From: Bacilli bacterium
Lineage (GTDB): Bacteria; Bacillota_I; Bacilli_A; RF39; UBA660
DNA length: 64,000 bases
NCBI GenBank assembly: GCA_017428495.1
Contig: JAFRQS010000011.1
Coordinates: 140,215-204,214, forward strand
Direction of reading: 5' to 3'
The position numbers and the translations under genes are program-made. Shown here one piece after another: positions 32,019 through 44,381 of the stretch; the stretch's first letter is position 1, and every line of letters starts with the position of its first letter. Under the pieces are notes generated by a model. The model ran no database searches and had not been told where the DNA came from. It saw only the letters and a list, made by a program, of their open reading frames with translations.

Positions 32019-32097
32019 AAATATTGATATATAAATTATTATATGCTATATTAAAAATGGATACACTTAAATCAAGTGCTTCCAATAAGTTGGATAT

Positions 32098-32131
32098 GCA
32101 CCTAATCAATGATTAGGTGCTATTTTTATTT
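32098..32131. terminator. terminator of amidoligase-like gene
   Basis: GCACCTAATC-AAT-GATTAGGTGC perfect 10-bp stem then TATTTTTATTT. Confidence 0.7.
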
Positions 32132-32203
32132 ATATAGTAAGGTGATTACTATGAAAAATAATAGTAATATTATAATAAATTGAGTTCTTTCTCTTTTTGT
32201 CAT
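32126..32203 (-). CDS. candidate 25-aa hydrophobic peptide (type I toxin-like?)
   Basis: MTKRERTQFIIILLLFFIVITLLYK; weak RBS AAAGG; 10-mer GCACCTAATC of the neighbouring terminator is repeated in its 5' region (32238-32247). Confidence 0.2.
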   Translation of the reverse strand: MTKRERTQFIIILLLFFIVITLLYK

Positions 32204-32405
32204 AATACCACCGCCTTTCCATCTAAAATAGAAGGAAGCACCTAATCTATGTATCCGCATAATTTATATCAAATATATAAATACCTATCAAATTACAAAA
32301 AAGTCCTTTTTAATGAAAATACGTAACAAAAAAAAGATACAATGTTATAACTAAATTATAATTTTTGTATCTTTTTATTTCTTATAATCTTATTTTTGTA
32401 ATTAT

Positions 32406-33515
32406 TTATTTTCTCATATATCTATTAAATCTACTAAATTCAATACCTGTTTCTAAATCAGTTTTAGATAACCTATTTATTAAATCTTTTTGTTCTCTAT
32501 CTAATTTATTAGGAGTTATAACATTTAATATTACATACATATCTCCTTTTCTACCATTATTAGGATTTTCTATACCTTTACCTTTTAATCTTTGCTTTTC
32601 ACCACTTTGAGTACCAGATGATATTGATAATGTTACATTACCATATAAAGTAGGTATATCTTTTTTACATCCTAATATAGCTTCTGTTATAGTAAGTGGT
32701 AAATTAAGAACTATATCATACTGATCTCTTTTAAATAATTCATGTTCACCAACTATAAATTCCACATAAGCATCTCCTGCTTCTCCTCCATTTGAACCAG
32801 GCATTCCATAACCAGGTATTCTTAGTTGATTACCAGTATCAATTCCAGCAGGTATTCTTAGTTTTTTCTTACCTTTTTCTTTTACTACACCTTTACCTCT
32901 ACATTTAGAACATTCTTCTTTATAACTAGTACCTACTCCTTTACAATATGGACATGTAGTTCTAGACATAAATGATCCTAAAATTGTTCTTTGTTCTTGA
33001 GTTATAGTACCAGATCCATGGCAGTATTTACAAGTTTCTGCATTAAATCCACCTTTACCATCACATTTATCACATTCTACATAGTGCTCAAGTTCTACTT
33101 CTTTTTCACAACCATATACTGCTTCATCAAACGTAATCTTCATCGATAAACTTATATCATTACCACGTCTACCTCTATTTGAAGATGTTCTTCTATTTGA
33201 AAAGCCAAAAGAAGATCCAAACAAATCATCAAATATATCAGAAAAATCAAAGCCACTAAAATCAAAGCCGCCTGCTCCACCACCCATATTACCATTGAAT
33301 GCTTGGTGTCCAAATCTATCATATTGAGCTCTTTTTTCTTTGTCTGACAACACAGCATAAGCTTCTTGTGCTTCTTTAAATTTTTCTGCTGCATCAGGTT
33401 CTTTTGATACATCAGGATGATATTTTTTAGCTAGTTTTCTAAATGCACTTTTAATATCATCTTCACTTGCATCTTTAGAAACTCCTAATACCTCATAATA
33501 ATCTTTTTTATTCAT
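32406..33515 (-). CDS. dnaJ: chaperone DnaJ
   Basis: J-domain with HPD (KYHPDVSK), G/F region, four CxxCxGxG zinc repeats ([32 protein letters not shown]). Confidence 0.94.
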   Translation of the reverse strand: MNKKDYYEVLGVSKDASEDDIKSAFRKLAKKYHPDVSKEPDAAEKFKEAQEAYAVLSDKEKRAQYDRFGHQAFNGNMGGGAGGFDFSGFDFSDIFDDLFGSSFGFSNRRTSSNRGRRGNDISLSMKITFDEAVYGCEKEVELEHYVECDKCDGKGGFNAETCKYCHGSGTITQEQRTILGSFMSRTTCPYCKGVGTSYKEECSKCRGKGVVKEKGKKKLRIPAGIDTGNQLRIPGYGMPGSNGGEAGDAYVEFIVGEHELFKRDQYDIVLNLPLTITEAILGCKKDIPTLYGNVTLSISSGTQSGEKQRLKGKGIENPNNGRKGDMYVILNVITPNKLDREQKDLINRLSKTDLETGIEFSRFNRYMRK

Positions 33516-33525
33516 ACTTCACCTT

Positions 33526-35289
33526 CTAGTTTTTATATTCTTTTATAAGTTTATCAAATAATCTTAATGCCTCATTTACTGCATCGGATATATTTATTCC
33601 CATCTTTTCTACTAAATTAGTTGGATAATCATTTGATCCACTAGATAAGAATTTTAAATACTTATCTAACATATCTTTATCTCCATTTGATATTTTAGTA
33701 GCAATAGCTATTGCAATTGATAAACCTGTTGCATATTGATATACATAAAATGGTGTATAAAAATGTGGTATTCTACTCCATTCATATTTTATATCAGTAT
33801 CTACTACTGCACCTTTATGATATTTTTTTACTAAATCATAATATATATTATTTAATTTTTCACCATTTAATGTTTCACCATTAAAACATCTATTATGAAT
33901 ATCTAACTCAAACTCTGCAAACATAGTTTGTCTAAATATAGTATTTTTAATATCATCTAACATTTCGTTAATAATACTCTTCTTTAACTTATTATCACCA
34001 TTTTTAAGCATATATAAGTTTAATAATGTTTCATTAACTGTAGATGCAATCTCTGCAACAAATATTTGGTTATCACTATAGAAATAATCTTGACTTCTAT
34101 TAGAATAAAATCTATGCATAGCATGTCCCATTTCATGTGCAAGTGTACTTACATCATTATATTTACCTTGATAATTTAAAAGTACATATGGATGTGCATT
34201 ATAACATCCCCATGAATATGCCCCACTTCTTTTACCATCATTTTCATATACATCTATCCATCCACTATTAAATCCATTATTTAAATCTTTTATATAATTA
34301 TCTCCTAATACACTTAATGCCTTAGAAACTAATTCTTTAGCTTCATTAAATGTATAATTAGAATCTTCTTCATCACTTAATTTAACAGCCATATCATACA
34401 TATGAATAGATGACAATTTTAATTCTTTTTTCTTTAAATCTATATAATTTTTCATTTTATCCAAATTAGAATTAACTGATTTAATTAAATCATAATAAAT
34501 ATTTGTATCTATTTTATTACTATCTAAATATAAGTTAATAGGACTATCGTATTTCCTTGTTTTAGTTAAAAATGTACTTGTTTGCAAATTAGAATTTAAT
34601 ATACTTGCAAATGTATTATTTAACTCTTTATATTTTTTATATAAAGTATTAAATGCACTCTTTCTTACCTTTCTATCTTTAGAAGTAGTAAATGGATAAT
34701 AATTACCTTTAGTAAGTCTTACTTTTTTACCTTTTTCATCCTTAATATAATCGAACACTAAATCAGCATCATTCAAATTAGAAAACACATTATCTGGAGT
34801 ACTTAATATATTGCCAGTACGTGATAATACCTCTTCTATTTCTTTACTTAATATATGATCTTTTTCATTAAATATCATTTCTAATAAAAACTCAAATCTT
34901 TTTAAATCTTTATTATCACTTATATATTCCTTAATTTTATTATAATCACATTCTAATAATTCAGGAATAAAGAATGAAGTCTTCTCATTTATTACTGATA
35001 ATATTATATCTAAATTACCAGATAATTCTTGATATTTACCCACTCTTGTATCTTCATGTAATCTCATATTTATAAATACATAAAGTTTATTAGTAATCAT
35101 ATCTATTTTTTCATTTAGCAATAATACTTCTAATAACGTTTTAGAATCTTTTGTTACTTTACCTTTATAAGTAACTAATTCTTCTACCAATTTAGAAAGT
35201 TTTTCTATATCTTTATTATAATCTTCTATAGTACTATATAAATCTTCTAATTTCCATTTATATTTATCATCAATCTTATTTCTTTCCAT
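33526..35289 (-). CDS. pepF: oligoendopeptidase F (M3B family) inserted between dnaK and dnaJ
   Basis: 587 aa; zinc site LAHEMGHAMH, PepF length and layout. Confidence 0.82.
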   Translation of the reverse strand: MERNKIDDKYKWKLEDLYSTIEDYNKDIEKLSKLVEELVTYKGKVTKDSKTLLEVLLLNEKIDMITNKLYVFINMRLHEDTRVGKYQELSGNLDIILSVINEKTSFFIPELLECDYNKIKEYISDNKDLKRFEFLLEMIFNEKDHILSKEIEEVLSRTGNILSTPDNVFSNLNDADLVFDYIKDEKGKKVRLTKGNYYPFTTSKDRKVRKSAFNTLYKKYKELNNTFASILNSNLQTSTFLTKTRKYDSPINLYLDSNKIDTNIYYDLIKSVNSNLDKMKNYIDLKKKELKLSSIHMYDMAVKLSDEEDSNYTFNEAKELVSKALSVLGDNYIKDLNNGFNSGWIDVYENDGKRSGAYSWGCYNAHPYVLLNYQGKYNDVSTLAHEMGHAMHRFYSNRSQDYFYSDNQIFVAEIASTVNETLLNLYMLKNGDNKLKKSIINEMLDDIKNTIFRQTMFAEFELDIHNRCFNGETLNGEKLNNIYYDLVKKYHKGAVVDTDIKYEWSRIPHFYTPFYVYQYATGLSIAIAIATKISNGDKDMLDKYLKFLSSGSNDYPTNLVEKMGINISDAVNEALRLFDKLIKEYKN

Positions 35290-35327
35290 AACCTAAATAA
35301 AGGGGTAAGTTTACCCCTTAACCTTTC

Positions 35328-37473
<2,146 letters not shown>

Positions 37474-37477
<4 letters not shown>

Positions 37478-37986
37478 TCACTTACCTTTACCATAGCAGG
37501 ACGTATTACTTTATCTTTGTACATATATCCCTTTTGTAATACTTCTAATACTATATTTGGCCCTCTATCATCTTTCACAGTAAATACCGCTTGATGATAC
37601 TTCGGATCAAATTCCTTATTAAGAGCATCAATTTCTTTAACCTCAAAATCATCTAATATCTTCTTTAATCTTGTATAAATCATCTTAAATCCACTTAAAA
37701 ATTTAGATACTTCATCATCAAGAATATTATCATCTAAAGAAATTGCTCTTTCAAAATCATCAACTATAGTAAGTATTGGAATAATCATATCACTATTCGC
37801 ATACTTTAACATATTAGATACTTCATCATCTTTTCTCTTCCTATAATTAATTAATTCTGCATCTTTATAAAGAATCTTCTCTTCTAATTCTTTTATTCTA
37901 CTCTTTAGTGTTTCAATCTCTTTACTATTTTTATCATGCTTTTTCTTCTTTTCAATTTTAACATCTTCCATAATCACATCATCCAT
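37474..37986 (-). CDS. grpE: nucleotide exchange factor GrpE
   Basis: Coiled-coil N-terminus (ELEEKILYKDAELINYRKR) plus GrpE C-terminal beta domain (VLQKGYMYKDKVIRPAMVKV). Confidence 0.85.
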
Positions 37987-37988
37987 AT

Positions 37989-38981
37989 CTACTTTTCTAT
38001 CTCTCCTTTAATATATTCGAGCATACCAATAACTTTATCATACTTCATTCTCTTTGGACCAATAATAGCAATTGTACCCTCTTCACCATTAACAATATAT
38101 TTTGTCTTAATAACTGTCACATCACTATCTATATTAGACTCATCACCAATATAAACATTTATGCCACTACTTGTTTCCTCTATACTAGAAATAACATCTT
38201 TATCCTCAAGTTTATCAACTATACTTCTAACTTTATCAGCAGAATCAAATTCTGGAGCTTTCAAAAAATTAGTCTTACCACTAAAATGATAATTATCTTT
38301 CTTAGATGTCATTTCATTAAAGGCATTATAAAACATATTATATATCGCTTCTTGTTGTTTAATGTATTTACCAATAATTGGCTTTATTTCAAATTCTAAC
38401 TTCTTATTAACTTCATCAATCAATGTACCCACCAATAAATTATTAATCAAATCTACCATCTTTCTAATTTCATCAACACTTATATTTTCATTAATAGCAA
38501 TAGTTTTATTCTCAATATGACCTTTATCAGTAATTATTATTGCTATCACACTATTATCACTTATAGGTACAACCTCTACTTTTTTAAGTCTATTATCACT
38601 AATAGAACTACCAAGTACAAGTGAAGTATAATTTGTTAACTCTGAAATTATTTCCATACTCTTAGTAATAGCATCAGATAATTCTAATGACTGATTAGAC
38701 AATATAGTTTGTAAAGTAAGAACTTCTTCACCAGTTAATTCTTTTGGTTTCATAAGATTATCCACATAATACCTATAACCAAGCTCACTAGGAACTCTAC
38801 CACTAGATGTATGAGTCTTCTCTAAATAACCAATATCTTCTAAATAAGCCATTTCATTTCTAACAGTAGCAGAAGAACAATTAAGACTATCACAAATAGA
38901 TTTAGAACCAACTGGCTTAGCTGTCTTAATATACTCTTCAACAATTATTTTCAACATTTCATTTTGCCTTTTACCTAGCAT
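37989..38981 (-). CDS. hrcA: heat-inducible transcription repressor HrcA
   Basis: Start trimmed to MLGKRQNEMLKIIVEEYIKTAKPVGSK (ORF-track extension would overlap CIRCE); winged-helix N-terminus and HrcA C-domain. Confidence 0.88.
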   Translation of the reverse strand: MLGKRQNEMLKIIVEEYIKTAKPVGSKSICDSLNCSSATVRNEMAYLEDIGYLEKTHTSSGRVPSELGYRYYVDNLMKPKELTGEEVLTLQTILSNQSLELSDAITKSMEIISELTNYTSLVLGSSISDNRLKKVEVVPISDNSVIAIIITDKGHIENKTIAINENISVDEIRKMVDLINNLLVGTLIDEVNKKLEFEIKPIIGKYIKQQEAIYNMFYNAFNEMTSKKDNYHFSGKTNFLKAPEFDSADKVRSIVDKLEDKDVISSIEETSSGINVYIGDESNIDSDVTVIKTKYIVNGEEGTIAIIGPKRMKYDKVIGMLEYIKGEIEK

Positions 38982-39026
38982 GATATCACCTCTTTTTAAG
39001 GTCCAAGTAAATATTAACACTAACTT

Positions 39027-39053
39027 TTAGCATTGTCAATAGTTGAGTGCTAA
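39027..39053. promoter_or_regulatory. CIRCE operator (HrcA binding site) with embedded -35
   Basis: TTAGCATTG-TCAATAGTT-GAGTGCTAA vs consensus TTAGCACTC-N9-GAGTGCTAA; on the minus strand TTGACA lies inside it and TAATAT follows after 17 nt. Confidence 0.85.
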
Positions 39054-39065
39054 TTTATTTACAAA

Positions 39066-39090
39066 ATAATAGAGAGAAGCCTCTCTACTA
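39066..39090. terminator. terminator downstream of pilin 39116
   Basis: AGAGAG-AAGC-CTCTCT hairpin followed by T-rich run on the minus strand. Confidence 0.6.
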
Positions 39091-39115
39091 TTTAATATAT
39101 GAATTTTAAAATAAA

Positions 39116-40468
39116 TTATTCTGCAAAAACATATGGATTAGATAATGTCCCAGAACCTTTCATTTGTACTCCTGGTATTAGATATACAGAAGGTCTAACT
39201 GCTGTAGTATTATCTGCATTATTTTTTACAATATGTCCACTAAAAGTGTACCAAACGCCACGAGCATCTGAAGATGTAGGGGCAGATGAAAGTAACCACC
39301 CATAATTCCCCATCCAGTCTGTATCACAATAAGTATTACTAGATGATATGTTGTCTATAGTACAATTACTATTTCCTGATGCGTATCCAAAGTCACTTGG
39401 ATAAACTAATCCAACTTTACCCACCCATTCAAATGTTCTTATAACAGTATCGTTACAAAAACCACCAGATGAGCATAACTTTCCTATTGTTCCCCTTTCA
39501 GCAGCATAAGCATCCGCTAATGTTATTATACCATTATATGGTATTGCTCCTAAGTACCATATTGCATCTCCAATTAGTTCTTGCGCACTTTCTTTTAATG
39601 CATAATTCTTATTAAAATTACCACTCCCTAAATTATTATTATTTCCACTATACCAGTTAGCATTTGCTAACAGTGTTGGGTCTAAATAATCTGTATTTAG
39701 TTCTCTCATCAAATCTGCACCAGTATATGTCCCAGAGGGCCCCCATTGATTTATTCCATATCCACCATTAGCTGAACCCGCTCCAGTTTTAGGGCTTGTA
39801 TCCCATGAGAAACTTCCTATTGAATCTCTTCTTACTAATTTTACTCTTCCATCAAATAATCCCACTATTCTCCATACTTCGCATGTACTACTTGTTGGAT
39901 TATTATTATTTGTGCAATTAAAATATACATAATTATTTGGATTACTTCCTTGGTATCTATATTCCACTGCTGTAGCTTTTGGTATTGCACTTGTATCATG
40001 TTCCACCTTTATTAATCCTTCACCATTTGTTCCGTTATTATATTTACTCATTAATAATTCTACTGCATCAGAGTATCCTGGAAGTGGTGTTATTTCAGTA
40101 CAATTCATTTCATCTTTTGTACCAGTACATTTGATTTTGCCGAATTTACCACCACTTGCTCCTTTTAATTTTACTGTTGCTACTCCATTACTATCATATG
40201 TAATGCTACAACTTGAATAATCATCACTTAATTTAGCCACATCTGTACATGGTATACTTGTTGCATTATAATTAGCGTTTACTGCTTGTTGACTTAAATA
40301 GTCTTTTTCTGCATTTGTTGCTATTAGTTTTGCGCTGTCTTCCATAGTCTTTAATTTTGTTTCTTTTATTGTTTTCATTATCTGTGGTACTGCTATTATA
40401 AGTATTACTGCTAATATTAGTATTACTGCTAATAATTCTACTAATGTAAATCCTTTTCTATTCTTCAT
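39116..40468 (-). CDS. large (450 aa) type IV pilin-like protein
   Basis: MKNRKGFTLVELLAVILILAVILIIAVPQI prepilin N-terminus; >70% identical to 23467 gene over N- and C-terminal thirds (…RPSVYLIPGVQMKGSGT…PYVFAE), divergent middle. Confidence 0.8.
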   Translation of the reverse strand: MKNRKGFTLVELLAVILILAVILIIAVPQIMKTIKETKLKTMEDSAKLIATNAEKDYLSQQAVNANYNATSIPCTDVAKLSDDYSSCSITYDSNGVATVKLKGASGGKFGKIKCTGTKDEMNCTEITPLPGYSDAVELLMSKYNNGTNGEGLIKVEHDTSAIPKATAVEYRYQGSNPNNYVYFNCTNNNNPTSSTCEVWRIVGLFDGRVKLVRRDSIGSFSWDTSPKTGAGSANGGYGINQWGPSGTYTGADLMRELNTDYLDPTLLANANWYSGNNNNLGSGNFNKNYALKESAQELIGDAIWYLGAIPYNGIITLADAYAAERGTIGKLCSSGGFCNDTVIRTFEWVGKVGLVYPSDFGYASGNSNCTIDNISSSNTYCDTDWMGNYGWLLSSAPTSSDARGVWYTFSGHIVKNNADNTTAVRPSVYLIPGVQMKGSGTLSNPYVFAE

Positions 40469-40503
40469 ATATTACTCCTATATTTTAATCATTCTTAATA
40501 CTA

Positions 40504-41340
40504 TTATTTTTCAAACTTAAAACTTACTAATTTATATATATCATTTTCTTTTTCAAATGTATAAATATATTTATGTAATTTATTTTTATATAATTCATAA
40601 TTATTTTCTATTTCCTTTATAGCATAACCATCTACATTTATATCTGTATTATTAAGTATATTATAGTTAACACTTGGTACTTCTATTTCAAATAAAGCAT
40701 TTTGTTTATCTATTGAATCATTATATGATGCATATCCAGTATTTGTATATCCCTCTCTAGTATAAGTATTCCATATGTAAGATACTTTTATTACATATAT
40801 ATCATTCTTTTTATCTACACTTAAAACTTTAGTATAATATGGATAAGCTTCATATATTGGATGTGCAGTATGTTCTAAATTATATTTATATGAATTTGTT
40901 TCTTCATCATATATATATAATTTTTCTTCACATGAACATAATATGTCTTTTTTATTAAAATAAATTTTATCTTTAAAATTATCTTTAAAATAACTATCTA
41001 ATAATGTTGCATCTATTTTGTCATCATATTTATAATTAGTGTCTTTTAATACTTTACTAAATGACATATTAAGTTTTATTTCATTACTAGCTGTATTAAT
41101 ATTGTCTATAGTTTTTTCATGTTTTGCTAATTCAATTAAATTATTATTTATAATTATATTTTTTAATTCATCAATTATATCTTTATCTGTTACCTTAACA
41201 TATATACTATCTTTTACATCATCTTTTAATGGTTCTTCAAAGAAAAATACAAAATATACTATCGCAGAACTTATTATAAACAATAATGAAACTACTGTTA
41301 CTATTACAATATTATTTTTTTCATAACTCATACTACTCAC
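40504..41340 (-). CDS. bitopic membrane protein upstream of pilin (candidate pilus-associated protein)
   Basis: 278 aa, one N-terminal TM then Tyr/Asn-rich extracytoplasmic domain; 8-nt overlap with rnfB remnant. Confidence 0.55.
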   Translation of the reverse strand: MSSMSYEKNNIVIVTVVSLLFIISSAIVYFVFFFEEPLKDDVKDSIYVKVTDKDIIDELKNIIINNNLIELAKHEKTIDNINTASNEIKLNMSFSKVLKDTNYKYDDKIDATLLDSYFKDNFKDKIYFNKKDILCSCEEKLYIYDEETNSYKYNLEHTAHPIYEAYPYYTKVLSVDKKNDIYVIKVSYIWNTYTREGYTNTGYASYNDSIDKQNALFEIEVPSVNYNILNNTDINVDGYAIKEIENNYELYKNKLHKYIYTFEKENDIYKLVSFKFEK

Positions 41341-41587
41341 CTAAATACTTTAATATTTTTTCTTTGTCTTTTAATGGCCTACACTTTTTTACTGCTTCTT
41401 TATCATTTAATATTGCTTCAGCCATACCTTTACAACTTCCAAATCCACAGCTACCACAATTGTATCCTGGTAACATTTCTTCTATTTTAGACAATTTTTC
41501 ATCTTTATTAAACAAATATCCATTTAAAAATACTATTAATATAGAAAATATAAATGCTATAAATGTAAATAGTACTACACCTATCAT
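41333..41587 (-). CDS. rnfB: RnfB N-terminal Fe-S domain only (truncated RnfB)
   Basis: 84 aa: membrane anchor plus PGYNCGSCGFGSCKGMAEAI...KKCRP cluster-binding motif; lacks the C-terminal ferredoxin-like 2x[4Fe-4S] domains of normal RnfB. Confidence 0.6.
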   Translation of the reverse strand: MIGVVLFTFIAFIFSILIVFLNGYLFNKDEKLSKIEEMLPGYNCGSCGFGSCKGMAEAILNDKEAVKKCRPLKDKEKILKYLGE

Positions 41588-41687
41588 TTTTTCACCTCAC
41601 ATTTATTACATAAACTACAATTACTAGATTTATTCTTTTTATATAAAATTATTGTAATTATCATAAGTATTAAAATAAATATGTAAC

Positions 41688-42251
41688 TCATACTAACCTA
41701 CCAAATATTAAAGCCATAATTCCAGCAGTTATAAGTGCTATTGGAATTCCTTTAAATGATTTTATTATATTATTTTTTTCTATCCTATCTCTTAATAATG
41801 CAAATATATATAATACTAAAACAAATCCCAAACTACTACCCAATGCATTAAATATTGATTCTATAAAATTATAATCTGATCTTATATTTGTAAGAATGAT
41901 TCCTAATACTGCACAATTTGTAGTTATAAGCGGTAAGTATATACCTAAAGATTTATATAAAGATTTAAAATATCTTTTAATTACTAATTCTGTTATTTGG
42001 ACAAAACATGCAATTACTAATATAAATGTTATTGTTTGTAAATATGTACTATTTGTAGGTATAAGTATATATTTATTTATTAAATATGTAAGGATTGTTG
42101 AAACAAGTACAACAAATGTAACTGATATACCCATTCCAATTGCATTTTTCTCTTTATTGCTTGTACCTAAAAAAGAACAAATTCCTAAAAACTTAGTAAG
42201 TATTACATTCTCTGTGACAAGTGCTGTTATAAATATTGTAAATATACTCAT
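41688..42251 (-). CDS. rnfA: Rnf complex subunit A
   Basis: 187 aa, six TM, LGICSFLG motif. Confidence 0.85.
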   Translation of the reverse strand: MSIFTIFITALVTENVILTKFLGICSFLGTSNKEKNAIGMGISVTFVVLVSTILTYLINKYILIPTNSTYLQTITFILVIACFVQITELVIKRYFKSLYKSLGIYLPLITTNCAVLGIILTNIRSDYNFIESIFNALGSSLGFVLVLYIFALLRDRIEKNNIIKSFKGIPIALITAGIMALIFGRLV

Positions 42252-42868
42252 ACTTCACCCCTTCTTCCATTAATTATTCCTATTAATATACCAAGAAGTA
42301 TGAATGCACCACCACTAGTTAAGAATAATTTATTTGGTATAACAGAATTATTAAAGACATGAATTATTTCTCTATAACCAGTTATACTTGAAATATCATT
42401 CATTATAGTAATTGTACCATTACCAAATAATTCTCTTAAAAAGCCAATTATAGATATAGCAATTAAATAACCTATTCCAGACTTAAAACCATCTTTTATA
42501 CTATCAAAAACTTTATTTTTGGAAGCAAATGCAAGAGCTCTGCCAAGTATAATACAATTTACAACAATCAATGGTAAATATATCCCAAAAGCATCATATA
42601 AAGGCTTACTATATTTGTTTAATATAATTTCTATTAATGTTACTAATGTAGATATTATTATTATATATACTGGTATTCGAATTTCTTCACTTACTATTTT
42701 TCTTATTAATGATACTAAAAAATTTGAAATAACAAGAATTATAAGTACAACTATACCCATCATATATGATTTTTCAAAAGTAGTAGTTACAGCAAGTACA
42801 GAGCATATTCCTAATACAAGTACAAATACAGGATTTTCTTTAAATAAATAATTTAATACTTTTTTCAT
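42248..42868 (-). CDS. rnfE: Rnf complex subunit E
   Basis: Start trimmed to MKKVLNYLFKENPVF (RBS GGAGG 5 nt upstream); LVLGICSVLAVTT motif, NqrD/RnfE topology. Confidence 0.85.
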   Translation of the reverse strand: MKKVLNYLFKENPVFVLVLGICSVLAVTTTFEKSYMMGIVVLIILVISNFLVSLIRKIVSEEIRIPVYIIIISTLVTLIEIILNKYSKPLYDAFGIYLPLIVVNCIILGRALAFASKNKVFDSIKDGFKSGIGYLIAISIIGFLRELFGNGTITIMNDISSITGYREIIHVFNNSVIPNKLFLTSGGAFILLGILIGIINGRRGEV

Positions 42869-42950
42869 AAGAACCTCCACACTATATATATAAGAGATGA
42901 ACAAACAAAAGCTGTTAGAGTTAATACTAATATATTCTTTAATTTATCTT

Positions 42951-44381
42951 TCATTTCAATTCCTCACTTAATACTTTTTTTACTATATTTTTTAATGCAT
43001 TAGATGAGAAAGTACTTCCACTTACTGCATCTAAATTATTAATATCTTTTTGATTTGTTATAACTTTATATATATAATTTTCTTTTTCTATTTCTGACCA
43101 TTGTGTTTCACCAGTTTTATCAGTTACTATAATTGATTTTATTTCTTTATCTACTACTTCTACTTCAGCTTTAATAACTCCCCAACCTTTTGATGTAACT
43201 ATATAAGTTGTTTTATTACCATCTTTTTTAGTTTCAGTTATTGTAACTTTATTACCAACATCATCTACAGTATTATTTTTACTATTATTAACATTACTAA
43301 TAATAGTTAATACTAATACTACAACTAAAATTAAATATATAATAATTGGAATATATATCTTTTTAAACGCATATTTTAATTTTACACCAATCTTATCAAA
43401 TAAAGGCACAAGCATATTCATAAATAATATACTTGTCATAACACCTTCTGGATATGGTGTTAAAAATCTTATAGCTACAGTGAGTATTCCTAAACTTATT
43501 CCATGAAGTACTTGGCCTATTTGAGTAACAGGACTTGTAACAGGATCTGTTGCCATAAATACCGCTCCAAACAACAATCCACCACTTAATACATGAAATA
43601 ATGGATACCATAAACCCAAACCTATTCCGTAACCTATAATTGCAGTAAGTATAAACACAGTAAGAATATATGTAATTGGAATTCTCCACTTAATTGTTTT
43701 AGTTATAGCTAAATATAAAAATCCTACTAATATTAGTAATTTAGATACTTCTCCTATTGCACCTGGTATAGTTCCTGTAAAAAAATTAAGAAGTGAACCA
43801 TAACTACCAACAACAGAATCATATACTCCATAATACCCTAAACTAGTTAAATTAGTTAATGGTGTAGCACCAGCAAGTGCATCAAGTTCATAAGCATTTA
43901 AAGGGCTTCCTAGCAAACTATTATAAGATACACTTATAAATAAATATCCTATTAAAGCAGGATTAAATACATTTTGACCAAATCCACCATATAACATTTT
44001 ACCAACTATAGTGCCACAAAATGCACCAAAAGCTACTACCCAAAGTGGTACATTAGTAGGTAATACTAATGAAAGTAATAAACCAGGTATTATACTAAAA
44101 GACTTTTTTGTTTCTTTGATACTATTATTAAAACTTTTTTTAAGTACAAATTTAAACCATAAAACTTCAGATACTAAAGATACACATACACCTGTTATTA
44201 TCATGAATAACGGATGAAGAGAACTAAAAAATGATTGGCTTGTAAAAAAGTATACTAAAATTGTATTTTTAAATATTGCATAACAAACTATTGGAATAAG
44301 AGCAATTAAAACTCTAGTCATTATTTTACTACTATTATCATCACTTTTTATATGTGGACCATTTTCTTTTATAAATTTCAT
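42951..44381 (-). CDS. rnfDG: fused RnfD-RnfG subunit
   Basis: 476 aa. First ~325 aa is polytopic RnfD/NqrB-like. Then a TM (IYIPIIIYLILVVVLVL) and a periplasmic FMN-binding domain ending DAVSGSTFSS (flavinylation motif). Confidence 0.75.
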   Translation of the reverse strand: MKFIKENGPHIKSDDNSSKIMTRVLIALIPIVCYAIFKNTILVYFFTSQSFFSSLHPLFMIITGVCVSLVSEVLWFKFVLKKSFNNSIKETKKSFSIIPGLLLSLVLPTNVPLWVVAFGAFCGTIVGKMLYGGFGQNVFNPALIGYLFISVSYNSLLGSPLNAYELDALAGATPLTNLTSLGYYGVYDSVVGSYGSLLNFFTGTIPGAIGEVSKLLILVGFLYLAITKTIKWRIPITYILTVFILTAIIGYGIGLGLWYPLFHVLSGGLLFGAVFMATDPVTSPVTQIGQVLHGISLGILTVAIRFLTPYPEGVMTSILFMNMLVPLFDKIGVKLKYAFKKIYIPIIIYLILVVVLVLTIISNVNNSKNNTVDDVGNKVTITETKKDGNKTTYIVTSKGWGVIKAEVEVVDKEIKSIIVTDKTGETQWSEIEKENYIYKVITNQKDINNLDAVSGSTFSSNALKNIVKKVLSEELK

